From an uncultured delta proteobacterium (lineage in GTDB: Bacteria > Myxococcota_A > Polyangia > Fen-1088), in contig CAVYGB010000010.1 in the NCBI GenBank assembly GCA_963767925.1, positions 1,536,001 to 1,600,000 on the forward strand: a stretch of 64,000 bases of DNA. The letters run 5' to 3'. Positions 30,151-42,939 of this stretch are shown in pieces (the stretch's first letter is position 1; each line of letters begins with the position of its first letter). Made by a program: the position numbers and the translations under genes. Under the pieces are notes generated by a model that saw only the letters and a program-made list of their open reading frames with translations, did no database searches and was not told the origin of the DNA.

Positions 30151-30927
30151 CTAGGGCCAGCGCCAGGTCAGGCTGCGGCGGTGCTCGTGCCGGCGGCGCA
30201 GCTCGAGCAGGGCGCGGTTCTCGAACAGCTTCACGAAGACCACGCCCGCGACGAAGCCGCCGATGTGGGCCCAGAAGGCCACGCCACCCGAGGGCTCGCT
30301 GACCCGGCCGAGCTGGGGCAGGCCCGAGAGGATCTGAAAGCCGATCCACCAGAGCAGCACCAGGTAGGCCGGCACGCGGATGATCTGGATGAAGATGACG
30401 ATGATGAACAGCACGTTGACCCGCACGCGCGGGTACAGCACGAGGTAGGCCCCCAGCACGCCCGAGATGGCGCCCGAGGCCCCCACCATCGGCACCGGCG
30501 AGGCGGGGCTGACGGCGATCTGGGCGGCCGCCGCCGCCAGGCCACACAGCAGGTAGAACACGAGGAAGCGGAGCCGGCCCATGCTGTCCTCGACGTTGTT
30601 GCCGAAGATCCAGAGGAAGAGGGCGTTGCCCAGCAGGTGCATCCAGCCGCCGTGCAGGAACATCGACGTGATCGGGGTGAAGACGTTGATCTGCTCGTTG
30701 TCGATCAGGCAGGCCAACCCCTCGCCGATCGGCACGCCGCTGCCCAGCCGGGCCCGCCCGGTCAGCTCACCCGGGATGAGGCCGAGGTTGCAGACGCTGG
30801 TGGCCAGCGCGATGTCGTCGAACCCCGCGCCCTGCACGAACACCCAGACCACCCCGAGGGCGGCGAGGAGGGCGATGGTCACGACCGGCGTGCGGAGGGT
30901 CGGGTTCTCGTCGTAAAGCGGAATCAT
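30151..30927 (-). CDS. Rhomboid intramembrane serine protease
   Basis: MIPLYDENP start; FLHGGWMHLLGN; GASG; AHIGG. Confidence 0.95.
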   Translation of the reverse strand: MIPLYDENPTLRTPVVTIALLAALGVVWVFVQGAGFDDIALATSVCNLGLIPGELTGRARLGSGVPIGEGLACLIDNEQINVFTPITSMFLHGGWMHLLGNALFLWIFGNNVEDSMGRLRFLVFYLLCGLAAAAAQIAVSPASPVPMVGASGAISGVLGAYLVLYPRVRVNVLFIIVIFIQIIRVPAYLVLLWWIGFQILSGLPQLGRVSEPSGGVAFWAHIGGFVAGVVFVKLFENRALLELRRRHEHRRSLTWRWP

Positions 30928-31073
30928 GCCGGGTCCCGGAGTGGCAGCTTAGCTCGACCGGGGCCCGAGTCATGTAACATCGCACATGGCGCACCGTCGT
31001 CGGATTGGCACCGGTCCGACCTCCGCCGGGTCGGGCAGCGCCGTCCCGGCTGGCCGCCAGCCGGGTGTTTCCC

Positions 31074-31799
31074 TCAATCGCTGTCGGGATCGGGATCACC
31101 GGGGCCGTGCCCCTTCTGACGGCGCTTGTCCTCGTACATGCGCTCGTCGGCCCGCAGGTACAGCTCGCGGAAGCTGGTGCCGTCTTCCGGGTAGCTGGCC
31201 GCGCCGATGGCGAGCGAGAGCTGGCTCGGGCGCCGCCCGCTGCAGGCCCGCAGCTCGTTGCGCAGCCGGGCCACGAGCTGGGCGCTCTCCCCCGTCCCCA
31301 GCTCGCGCAAAATGACCGCGAACTCGTCGCCGCCGATGCGGCAGCAGACGTCGTGCTCGCGCAAGCGGGTCTTGAGGAAGCTCCCCGCCCGCTTGATGAC
31401 CCGGTCACCGGCGGCGTGCCCCTCGTAGTCGTTGACCAGCTTGAGGTCGTTGATGTCCAGCACCAGCAGCGAGAACCGCCGCCAGGCATCGCGGGAGCCG
31501 AGGCTGATCTCCTCGCCCAGCCGCTCCTCGAAGTAGCGGCGGTTCCACAGCCCGGTCAAGGTGTCGCGGTAGGCGAGGTGGCGATAGGCCTCGAGCTCGG
31601 CGACCACCCGGCGCAGCTTCGCGTTCTCGCGCTGCAGGTCCCGGACGAGCTCGCTGTCGCTCGGCTCGACCGCTCCCGCGGTCTGTTGCTCGGGCGGGGC
31701 CAGGCTGCCCGGGTCCACCACCTCGTACGTGTCGGTCCGATTCACACGGGGCCGCTCAGGCGCTTCGTAGGCGGGCCCGATCGACGGAACGGATTTCAT
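31074..31799 (-). CDS. GGDEF diguanylate cyclase with short coiled-coil N-terminus
   Basis: DTLTGLWNRR, LDINDLKLVND, GHAAGD, RIGGDEF, ADERMY. Confidence 0.92.
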   Translation of the reverse strand: MKSVPSIGPAYEAPERPRVNRTDTYEVVDPGSLAPPEQQTAGAVEPSDSELVRDLQRENAKLRRVVAELEAYRHLAYRDTLTGLWNRRYFEERLGEEISLGSRDAWRRFSLLVLDINDLKLVNDYEGHAAGDRVIKRAGSFLKTRLREHDVCCRIGGDEFAVILRELGTGESAQLVARLRNELRACSGRRPSQLSLAIGAASYPEDGTSFRELYLRADERMYEDKRRQKGHGPGDPDPDSD

Positions 31800-31815
31800 G
31801 ATGCCCCCGCCCTGC

Positions 31816-31832
31816 AGCAAGCTCCGGGCCAG
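31816..31832 (-). promoter_or_regulatory. Candidate sigma54 -24/-12 promoter of the GGDEF gene
   Basis: Minus strand CTGGCCCGGAGCTTGCT, which is GG-N10-GC with TGGC and TTGC. Confidence 0.5.
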
Positions 31833-31990
31833 CGCTCTGCCCCCGGAAGGGAACGGTTTCCCCCCCTCGGAGCGCCAGAAAAATGACGCCGCACCGTCCC
31901 TCCCACCCCAAAAGCGTCACAAAAATGGCGCCACGAATCCCCCGCCCCGCTCACCGGGAGGGATCGGAGGCGTCCTCGTCAGGTCGGAGA

Positions 31991-32160
31991 CCCCTCACCC
32001 CACCCTCTCCCCGCTCCCGCGGGGCGAGGGCGAACGAGCCAGGGAAAGCCAAGATCTCGGGCAAATCCGTCCCCTGATCGTCCGCTCGCAGAATGACAGC
32101 AGCCCCCCACCGCCTGTTCGCCCTCGCCCCGCGGCAGCGGGGAGAGGGAGGGGTGAGGGG
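31991..32160. repeat. Inverted pair of 45-bp REP-like repeats
   Basis: 31991-32035 CCCCTCACCCCACCCTCTCCCCGCTCCCGCGGGGCGAGGGCGAAC; 32116-32160 is its reverse complement with 2 mismatches. Confidence 0.9.
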
Positions 32161-32168
32161 TCCGGCTG

Positions 32169-34086
<1,918 letters not shown>

Positions 34087-34103
34087 GATGGCTGTCCGTT
34101 CGG

Positions 34104-36515
34104 TCAGTTCAGCAGCTTGCCGTCCGGTTGCTGGTCCGGCACGTCGGGCTCGGGTCCACGGCGATGACCCGCACGATGCGCGTGCGCTTGGCGATCTGCC
34201 GGCCCTTGCCGCCCCGGCTCACCAGCTCGTCGGCGCCCCGGACCGACGGCGATCTTCTTGCCCCCCTCGGTCTCGGCCACCAGGATGGCGCCGCCGTTCC
34301 GCGCGCCAAGGCCGAAGCCGGCCACCTCGTCGTCCTTCTCCAGCTTGATGACGGTGACGCCGCGGCCCGGACCGGCCAGCTCGGAGACCTCGTCGGCCGC
34401 GCACAACACGGCGCGCCCGTGCACGGTGACCACGGCCAGGACGTCGCCTTGGCCGGGGCCACCTGCACGCCCACGATCTCGTCGCTCCTCGCCCACCTTG
34501 GCGAAGCGCCGCCCCGAGCGGGTCGACAGCTCCCGGTGGGGATCCAGGGAGAAGCGCAGGCCGAAGCCCCCCTTGGTGACGGCCAGGGCCAGCATGCCGG
34601 CCTTCTGAGCCCGCTCGGAGACGACCATCGCGCCCACCACCCGTTCTCCGTCCTTGAAGTTGAACAGCTTTTGCACCGGCTCTCCGTAGCCGGTGGAGGC
34701 CGGCACCTCGTGGACCCGCAGCACGTAGGCACGTCCCGAAGCTGGAGAAGACGGCCAGCGGCTCCTTGGTGGAGGCTCGCAGGGCGGTCAACACCACGTC
34801 GCCATCGCGCAGGCGGGTGGCCGACAGGTCCTTGATCTCCCGCACCCGCTTGAGCCAGCCGTCTCGCGACAGGATCACCGTGACCTCCTCGTCGACGATG
34901 AAGTCCTCGGCCTCGAAGGCCACCTCCTCGCCCCCGCCGCCGCCGATCTTCGTGCGCCGCTTGTCGCCGAAGGTCTTGCCCAGCTCCTCGATCTCGCCGC
35001 GGATCACCTTCCAGAGCTTGCGCTTGTCCTTGAGGAGGCCCTCGATCTCCTTGGCCCGGGCCCGCTTGTCCTTGAGCTCCTCGAGGATGAGGTTGATCTC
35101 CAGCCGGGCCAGCTTGTAGAGCTTGAGCTCGAGGATGGCCTCGGTCTGCTCGGCGTCGAGCTTGAACCGCTTGATGATCTTGTCGGCGGCGTCGGCCTTG
35201 CCCTCGCGACTTGCGGATGATGCGGATGGTCTCGTCGAGGGCGTCGAAGATGATCCGGAAGCCCTCCAGGATGTGGATGCGCTTCTTCAGCTGGGCCAGC
35301 TCGAACTGGAAGCGGCGGGTGACCACCTCCAGCCGGAAGTTGAGGAACTCGTCGAGGATCGACTTGAGGTTCAGCCGCATGGGGCCCGCCACCTCGCGGT
35401 TCTCGGTGGGCACCAGGCAGGTCATGTTGACCGGGAAGCTCAGCTCGAGCGGGGTGTGCTTGTACAGGTAGGCCATCACCAGGTTGGGATCGGCCCCCGC
35501 CTTGAGCTCGAGCACGACCCGCACCTCGGCGGTGGACTCGTCGCGCACGTCGGTCAGCATCGGCAACTTCTTGGCCAGGATCACCTCGGCGATCTTCTCG
35601 ACCAGGGTCGACTTGGTGACGTTGTAGGGGATGGAGGTGATGACGAGCTGCTGCCCGCCCCGCTTGTGCTCCTCGGTCTTCCACTCGCCCCGGATGCGGA
35701 TCGAGCCGTGCCCGGTCTCGTAGATGTCGCGCAGCTCCTTCTTGGAGTTGATGACCACGCGCCGCCGTGGGAAAGTCGGGACCCTTGATGAACTTGAGGA
35801 GGTCCTTGACCTCGAGGCTGCGGTCGTCGATCAGCGCCACCGCCGCCTCGCACAGCTCGCTCAGGTTGTGGGGCGGGATGTTGGTGGCCATGCCCACCGC
35901 GATGCCCGCGCAGCCGTTGGCCAGCAGCTGCGGCAGCTTGGCCGGCAGCACGATCGGCTCTTCCTGCGAGCCGTCGTAGTTGGGCCGGAAGTCGACCGTG
36001 CCCTCGTCGATCTCGTCGAGGAGCTGCATGGCCAGCTTCTGCAGCCGGGCCTCGGTGTAACGCATGGCCGCCGGGGCGTCGCCGTCGAGCGAGCCGAAGT
36101 TGCCGTGTCCCTCGATCAGCGGGTAGCGGAGGGAGAAGTCCTGGGCCATGCGCACGAGGGCGTCGTAGGCCGCGGTGTCCCCGTGCGGGTGATACTTGCC
36201 CAGCACGTCCCCCACGATGGCCGCGCACTTGCGGAAGCGCTGGTCGGGGTAGAGGTGCAGGTTGTGATACATGGCGTACAGGATCCGCCGCTGCACCGGC
36301 TTGAGCCCGTCGCGCACGTCGGGCAGGGCCCGCGCCGTGATGACGCTGACCGCGTAGTTGAGGTAACGACGCTGGGCCTCCTCCATGAGGTTGGTGTCCG
36401 TCGGTTCCAACGGACCACCGCCGCCTCCTCCGTCGCCGTCGCCGCCACCCCGGCCCTTGCCGCCACCTCCCCCCTTGCCTCGGCGGGAAGATGAATCGAG
36501 CTGCTTTGACGCCAT
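34104..36515 (-). CDS. Type IIA DNA topoisomerase subunit A (GyrA/ParC family), multiply frameshifted in this sequence
   Basis: [29 protein letters not shown] (catalytic Tyr), [21 protein letters not shown]-terminal blades lie in other frames. Confidence 0.92.
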
Positions 36516-36686
36516 GAAAAAATCAGGGGATCTAGCCGCCTTCCGGGCTGATCCCTCGCTGCACCCTACGAGACGCCTGAAAGCAGGTCAAGAAACGACG
36601 CGCGGTCGGCCGCCCCCGGACAGCGACGCACCCACCTTGCTCTTGGTTCTTCGGGTGGTTCGGTGCGAGAGGCCAAGGAGGCCAAG

Positions 36687-37352
36687 ATGGCGACAAAGAT
36701 GGGGACCAAAATGGAGACGATGCCGGCGACGAAGAAGACGAAAAAGGTGCTCGAGGGGCCACCCTGGTGTGGCCACGTGGATCCGGAGGAGGCCTATTTT
36801 CGGGGGCAGGCCGGCTCGATGGGTAGCGGCCTGCTGGGCGGCTGGGGGTACGCCACCGCCGGCGGCGCCTTCGTGGGCCCGGGCCCGCGCGAGCAGGAGG
36901 TGAAAGACGCGCTCGCCGAGATCAGCGCGGCGCCGCCGCCGCCACCGCCCGCCGAGACGCCCGGCCGGACCCGCCCCCCCGCGGGGCGACGCCACCGCGA
37001 GGCCCGCGTGCAGCCCCTGCGCCCGCACACCCGGTAACGACTCAACGTCCGGCCTGACCTGCACCCGGCCGGGCATCCGCGCGGCCGACAAGATCGGCGT
37101 GACCGGCTTCTGCTTCGGGGGCGGCACACCTATCGGGCCACCGCCACCAGCCCCGAGATCGCCAACAACAACGTGAACGCGACGACCGACCAGCTCGTGG
37201 CGGCGCTCGCCGGCAAGACCTACAAGCTCGAGAGCCACCCCGGCACCAACCACGCCTTCAACAACGACACCGGGGCCAACTACAACGAGCCGGCCGCCCT
37301 GCGCGCCTGGGGTCAAACCCTTGAATGGTTCGACACCCACCTGCGCCGCTGA
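36687..37352 (+). pseudogene. Dienelactone hydrolase family remnant
   Basis: KIGVTGFCFGGG (about 37090-37125) and HPGTNHAFNNDTG...AWGQTLEWF* lie in different frames; intervening segments are missing; 5' boundary uncertain. Confidence 0.7.
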
Positions 37353-37418
37353 AGGCGGCCGCACGAAGCGGTTAAAAACCGGCCGGTCGCCGTCGCGCTC
37401 CCCTGACGCGGCGGCCGG

Positions 37419-38273
37419 TCAGCTCTGCAGGCGGCGGCGCTTGACCCAGGGCGGGGGCTTCTTCTCGCCCGCGTCGGGGTTCGACGGAGAGTAGTCGGTC
37501 CAGCGGTAGCTGGGCGGCGGCCGGACGTCGATGTGGACGAACCCGGTCAGCGGGTAGATGCCGATGCCCATGCCGCCCGAGTCGAGCGTCTCGACGAACT
37601 CCTTGAGGCGGCGGGCCGAGATGCCGTCGACCCGCACGTCGGCGGCCGAGGCCTTGTAATGGTAGCTCGACGTCTTGCGCTGGTTGCGGAAGCCGGAGAC
37701 GACGTCGATGCGCCGCTCGCCGAAGTGGTCGAACACGTGCGAGAGGATGGTCAGCAGGCGCGGCTCCATCACCCGCTCGGTGTCCGAGCGGCGGCAGCGG
37801 AGCATGTGCGAAGCCGCCCGCATGGATTCGATGTTGTACGAGCCGTCGACGTTGAAGATGTTGACCTTCAGCGACTCCTTCTCGATCGGGCGGTGCAGGT
37901 AGAGGTTCCCCGAGGGCGGGGGCGGCAGGCGCCGGCGCAGGCGGTCCTCCTTGACCACGTGGCCCTCGACGCGACGCTTGCCCTTGCCCCGGCGCTTGGT
38001 CCGGCTGGACTTCAGCAGCTCCTTGGCCGAGCTGGGCGGCTCCTCGTCGGTCGTGCCCTCGGGCATTCCTTCGGGCGAGTTGGGCGGCCGCTCGGGCTCC
38101 TCGATGCCCTCCGGCTCGGCCTCGTCGTCACTCTCGGGCTCGATCCCGGCCTCGATGACCGCGTCGACGCCCTCGGGCTCCGCGGCGACCGCGATGCCGA
38201 CCGCCAGTCCCACCACTCCGAGAGTCAATCCAGCGCGCCCCAGCAGGCGCCCGAACCCACGACGCGAGAGCAT
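37419..38273 (-). CDS. YcbK/DUF882 family peptidase M15 with Tat-like signal
   Basis: SRRGF twin-arginine motif; VVSGFR; H-x6-D (HYKASAAD); FVHIDVR. Confidence 0.85.
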   Translation of the reverse strand: MLSRRGFGRLLGRAGLTLGVVGLAVGIAVAAEPEGVDAVIEAGIEPESDDEAEPEGIEEPERPPNSPEGMPEGTTDEEPPSSAKELLKSSRTKRRGKGKRRVEGHVVKEDRLRRRLPPPPSGNLYLHRPIEKESLKVNIFNVDGSYNIESMRAASHMLRCRRSDTERVMEPRLLTILSHVFDHFGERRIDVVSGFRNQRKTSSYHYKASAADVRVDGISARRLKEFVETLDSGGMGIGIYPLTGFVHIDVRPPPSYRWTDYSPSNPDAGEKKPPPWVKRRRLQS

Positions 38274-38398
38274 CTTTACTAAATAGTCGTCAGGGTGATC
38301 CATTTAGTCAACTTCGGCGCCCGTGATCTTTTACCGATATCTCGCAGCTAGACCCACAAATCAGGGGCGGCGCTCGCCCCTTTACCGTCACCCGAGCC

Positions 38399-38845
38399 TC
38401 AGGTACCCGAAGTAGCTGCCTTCGGTAAGTGTAGCAGATCGATCCCCAGCCTCTCGGCGACCTGGAAGATGCGATCGTCCCGGTAGAACTCGCCGTACAC
38501 GATGCGGCGCAGGCCCGCGTTCGCGATCTGCTTGAAACAATTCCAGCAGGGGCTGGCGGTGATGTAGATGGTCGCGCCGTCGATCACGACGCCGTTCTTC
38601 GCCGCCTGCAAGATGGCGTTGCTCTCGGCGTGGATGGTCGCGATGCAGTGATCGTTCTCCATCATGTGCCCCACGTCGGTGCAGTGGGGCATGCCGCGGA
38701 TCGACCCGTTGTAGCCGGTCGACAGGATGGTCCGCTCGCGCACGATGACCGACCCCACGAACTTGCGCGGGCAGGTCGAGCGGGAGGCCACCACCGCGGC
38801 GATGTTCATGAAATATTCGTCCCAGGACGCCCGCGCGTCTGACAT
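38399..38845 (-). CDS. Deoxycytidylate (dCMP) deaminase family protein
   Basis: WDEYFM, STGYNG, HAE, SPCWNC. Confidence 0.93.
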   Translation of the reverse strand: MSDARASWDEYFMNIAAVVASRSTCPRKFVGSVIVRERTILSTGYNGSIRGMPHCTDVGHMMENDHCIATIHAESNAILQAAKNGVVIDGATIYITASPCWNCFKQIANAGLRRIVYGEFYRDDRIFQVAERLGIDLLHLPKAATSGT

Positions 38846-38944
38846 CCCCTACGTCTACCAGAACCGGCCCCCTCGGGGCACGCGGCGCGGCCTCCCATCC
38901 TGCGACGCGCGCAGGAACCCTCTTCTGCTAGTATCCGCGCTTCC

Positions 38945-41852
38945 TTGGACTGGAAATCCACGCTCTGCCTGCCCAAAACCGAATTCCCCATGCGGGCCGA
39001 CCTCGCCCGCCGCGAGCCGCAATGGCTGGCCCGCTGGGAGCAGGAGGGGGCCTATCCGAAGACCCTCGCCGCCCGTGAGGCCGCCGGCGCGCCCCCCTTC
39101 GTCCTGCACGACGGGCCGCCCTATCCCACCGGCGCCATCCACTACGGCACGCTGCTCAACAAGGTCCTCAAGGACATGGTTGTGCGCTCGCAGCTCCTGC
39201 TGGGGCGGGCGGCCCGCTTCGTGCCAGGCTGGGACTGCCACGGCCTGCCCATCGAGCAGCAGGTCGAGCAGCAGGTCGGCTCCCGGGACGCGCTCAGCAT
39301 CGAGGACTTCCGCAAGCGCTGCCAGGCCCACGCCCTCAAGTTCGTCGACGTCATGCGCAGCGAGTTCAAGCGCCTCGGCTGCCTGGGCCTGTGGGACGAG
39401 CCCTACCTGACCCTGTCGCAGGACTACGAGGCGACGATCGTTCGCCAGCTCGGCAAGTTCGCCCGCGCCGGCATGCTTTACCGGGCCAAGCGGCCGGTCC
39501 ACTGGTGCGTGACCCACCAGACCGCCCTGGCCGAGGCGGAGGTGGAATACGCCGAGCACACCTCCCCCTCGATCTACGTCCGCTTCCCGGTCGAGCCGGG
39601 GCAGCCCGCCGTCGAGGCGATCTTCGGCAAGGCCAGCGTGGCGCTGGTCATCTGGACCACCACCCCCTGGACGCTCGCCGCCAACCTGGCGGTGGTGGCC
39701 AACCCGGAGCTCGACTACGTCGGCATCCCCCTGGCCGCCGCCGGCGGGACCGAATACCTCGTGGTGGCCCGGGGCCGGGCCGAGCCTTTCCTCGCGGCCT
39801 GCGGTCTGACGGCGCCCCCACCCGAGCAGTGGATCCCGATCGCGGGCGAACGGCTGGCCAGCCTGAAGGGCCTCCGCTACCGCCACCCCTTCGTGGAGCA
39901 GCCGCGGCGGGAGCGCGACTTCCGCCTGTATTTCGCCCGCCACGCCACCCTCGAGGCCGGCACCGGCCTGGTGCACACGGCCCCCGGCCACGGCGCCGAG
40001 GACTACGTGCTGGCCGGCCAGGAGGGCCTCGAGGTCTACGCCCCCGTCGACGGGCAGGGCCGCTACACCCGCGAGGTCCCCCTCTGGGCAGGCCTGGGCG
40101 TGTTCGAGGCCAACCCCAAGGTCGTCGAGCTGCTGGCCCGCACCGGCTACCTGCTCAACCGCCCGGGCGAGTCGATCCGTCACCAGTACCCCCACTGCTG
40201 GCGCTGCAAGAGCGCGGTCCTGTTCCGCGCCACAACCCAGTGGTTCGCCCGGCTGGGCGAGGCCGACGATCCCCGCAGCCTGCGGGCGGGGGCCCTGGCC
40301 GAGATCGACCGCACCACCTGGATCCCGGCCTGGGGCCGCGATCGCATCCGGGGCATGATCGAGGTGCGGCCCGACTGGTGCCTGTCGCGCCAGCGTGTCT
40401 GGGGCGTGCCCATCCCCGCCTTCCGCTGCGGAAGCTGCCCCGATCCGGACAACGCGCACATCGTGCCCGCCGCCCTCGATCGGGTGGCCGACCGCTTCGC
40501 CGCCCAGGGCTCGAACGCCTGGTACACCCTCCCGCTGGCCGAGCTGCTGCCCCCCGGCACCACCTGCCCCGACTGCGGCGGCAGCGATCTGCACAAGACC
40601 AGCGACATCGTCGACGTCTGGTTCGAGTCGGGCGTCTCCTGGGCGGCCGTCGCCGAGGGCAAGCTGGTGCCCGCCGGCGAGAAGGTCGACCTTTACCTGG
40701 AGGGCGCCGACCAGCACCGCGGCTGGTTCCACTCCTCGCTGCTCACCGCGGTGGCCTCCCGGGGCAGCGCCCCCTACAAGGCGGTGCTCACCCACGGCTG
40801 GGTGCTCGACGAGCGAGGCAAGGCCTACTCCAAGTCGGAGATCGCCGCCGCCCGCAAGGCGGGGGCCAAGATCGACTACATCGACCCGGCCGAGTGGATC
40901 GCCAAGAACGGCGCCGAGCTGCTGCGCCTGTGGACCGCCAGCGGCGACTACCAGTCCGACATCGTGTTCGGCAAGGCGATCCTCGATCAGCTCTCCGAGT
41001 CGTACCGGAAGATCCGCAACACCTGCCGCTACCTGCTGTCGAACCTGTACGACTTCGTGCCCGAGCGCGACGCCCTGCCCGACGACCAGCTCCGCGAGCT
41101 GGACCTGCTGGCCCTGGGCCTGCTGCGCGAGCGCGACCACCTGGTTGTCGAGGCCTACCGCCGCTTCAGCTTCCACGACGTCGTGCGCATGCTCGTCGAA
41201 TACGTGGTCACGGTCTCGGCCGAATACCTCGACCCGGTCAAGGACGCCCTCTACTGCGAGGCGCCCGGCTCGCCCGTGCGGCGCAGCGTCCAGACCGCCC
41301 TGCACGAGATGGTGCGCACCCTGGCCACCTGGATGGCGCCGGTGCTGGTCTTCACCGCCCAGGACGTCGCCGACGAGCTCGGCAAGATCACGGGCGAGCC
41401 GTTCGACGTCCACGGCCAGGTCCACGCCGACCAGGTGCCGCCGGGCAAGGAGCTCAAGAACCCCAACAAGCGCTGGAACGACGAGATTCGCCCGCGCCGC
41501 CAGGCGATCTTGCGGCCCCTCGAGGCCTTCCGGGCCGCCGGGCACAAGTCGCTCGAGGCGCGGGTCGAGATCACGCCCGCCGCCGCCGAGCGGCCCCACT
41601 GGCAGTGGAATCTGCCCCACCTGCTCGAGCTGTGTGTCGTCTCGCAGATCGACCTGTCGGCGGAGGACGCCCCCGGCGAGACGCGAGATCCGCGTGCTAG
41701 AGGCCACCGGCCCGGAGTGCGCGCGCTGCTGGCGACGCACCGGGGGGGACCTGGTCACGGTGGGGGACTCCCCGCTTTGCCAGCGCTGCGCCGGGGTGGT
41801 GGGGGAGCGGCCGCCGGGCCAAGCCAACTTGCAAGGAGCCAAGTCTGCATGA
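38945..41852 (+). CDS. ileS: Isoleucine--tRNA ligase (type 1), one apparent frameshift near 41685
   Basis: LPKTEFPM, LHDGPPY, GWDCHGLP, WTTTPWT, GTGLVH, DWCLSRQR; C-terminal zinc finger CARCWR...CQRC is in another frame ending at 41852. Confidence 0.97.
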
Positions 41853-42377
41853 CGCCTGAGCGCCGCAAATACGTCGTGTTCGGGGTGGTGGCCGCGCTGG
41901 CCATCCTCTTCGATCAGTGGACGAAGATCCTGGCCCGCCAGCACCTGCCCGCAGCTCGGCTACGCCGGCCGCAAGGTCATCGACGGCATCTTCACCCTCC
42001 GCTACTCGGAGAACACCGGGGTCGCCTTCGGCATGCTGCAGTCCCTGACCGGGGGGCGCATCATCCTCACCCTGGTGGCCCTCGCCGCCTTCGCCCTCGT
42101 CCTTTACTACCTGTACAAGAGCGACCCGCAGCAGCGCCGCTTCCAGATCGCGCTCGGCATGGTGGGCGGAGGGGCCATCGGCAACCTCATCGACCGCGTC
42201 GTCCTCGGCGGGGTCACCGACTTCCTGGTGTTCGACCTGGGCTTCTGGCCGTTCAACCCCTGGCCGGCCTTCAACATCGCCGACGCCGCCCTGGTGGTGG
42301 GCGTGGCGCTGATGGCCATCGACATGGCCCGCCCCCCGCGCAGCGAGCCCTCCGCCAGCCCCGCCAAGGGGAGCTGA
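41849..42377 (+). CDS. lspA: Lipoprotein signal peptidase II (copy 1), apparent frameshift near 41950
   Basis: ATGA overlap with the ileS stop; DQWTK, ENTGVAFG, GNLIDR, VTDF, FNIAD. Confidence 0.92.
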
Positions 42378-42384
42378 GGCCGCC

Positions 42385-42939
42385 TTGGCGATCCGCGTGC
42401 TCCCCTTGCTGGCGGGTCTGCTGCTGGCCGGGTCGCTCCTCGCCAGCGACGTGGCCAGCAAGAGCTGGGCAGAGTCGGAGCTGCGCCGGCGGGGGTCCAA
42501 GAGCCTGCTGGGCGGCCGCCTGCTGCTGCGCTACCAGACCAACAGCGGCATCGCCTTCGGCCTCTTCCAGAAGAGCCTGAGCCCCTACAAGCGCCCCTTC
42601 CTGATCGCCTACTCCTCGCTGGTCACCGTCGGGCTGGCCGCCTTCCTCACCGCCCGGCTGGTGCGCCGCCCGCGCGACGGCTGGATGTTGCCGGCCGGGC
42701 TCGCCTGCCTGCTGGCGGGGGCCTCGGGCAACCTCCTCGACCGCATCACCCGGGGGGCGGTCATCGACTTCATCGACGTGCAGGTCTGGGGCCGGGCCCG
42801 CTGGCCCGCCTTCAACCTCGCCGACGTCTACCTCAGCGTGGGCCTGGTCCTGTGTGCGGTGGTGCTGATGCGCCGCCGGCCGGCCCAGGTGGGCAGCGAC
42901 GAGACCGCCAGCGACGAGACGGCGGGCAGCCCCCGATGA
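42385..42939 (+). CDS. lspA: Lipoprotein signal peptidase II (copy 2)
   Basis: DVASK, NSGIAFG, GNLLDR, VIDFI, FNLAD. Confidence 0.92.
   Translation: MAIRVLPLLAGLLLAGSLLASDVASKSWAESELRRRGSKSLLGGRLLLRYQTNSGIAFGLFQKSLSPYKRPFLIAYSSLVTVGLAAFLTARLVRRPRDGWMLPAGLACLLAGASGNLLDRITRGAVIDFIDVQVWGRARWPAFNLADVYLSVGLVLCAVVLMRRRPAQVGSDETASDETAGSPR

Noticed and set aside
38363..38381. Terminator after the dCMP deaminase gene
   Set aside because: A 7-bp stem is present but there is no convincing U tract on the minus strand
38855..41944. Long antisense and alternate-frame ORFs (this 1029-aa ORF, also 5206-7401, 17920-19920, 44967-46190, 61217-63049)
   Set aside because: Shadow ORFs expected at very high GC; they overlap well-supported genes and have no recognisable motifs
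38945..42580. 1211-aa IleRS-LspA fusion in the ORF track
   Set aside because: Produced by an indel near 41685; the IleRS zinc finger is in another frame and ends at 41852, overlapping the lspA ATG
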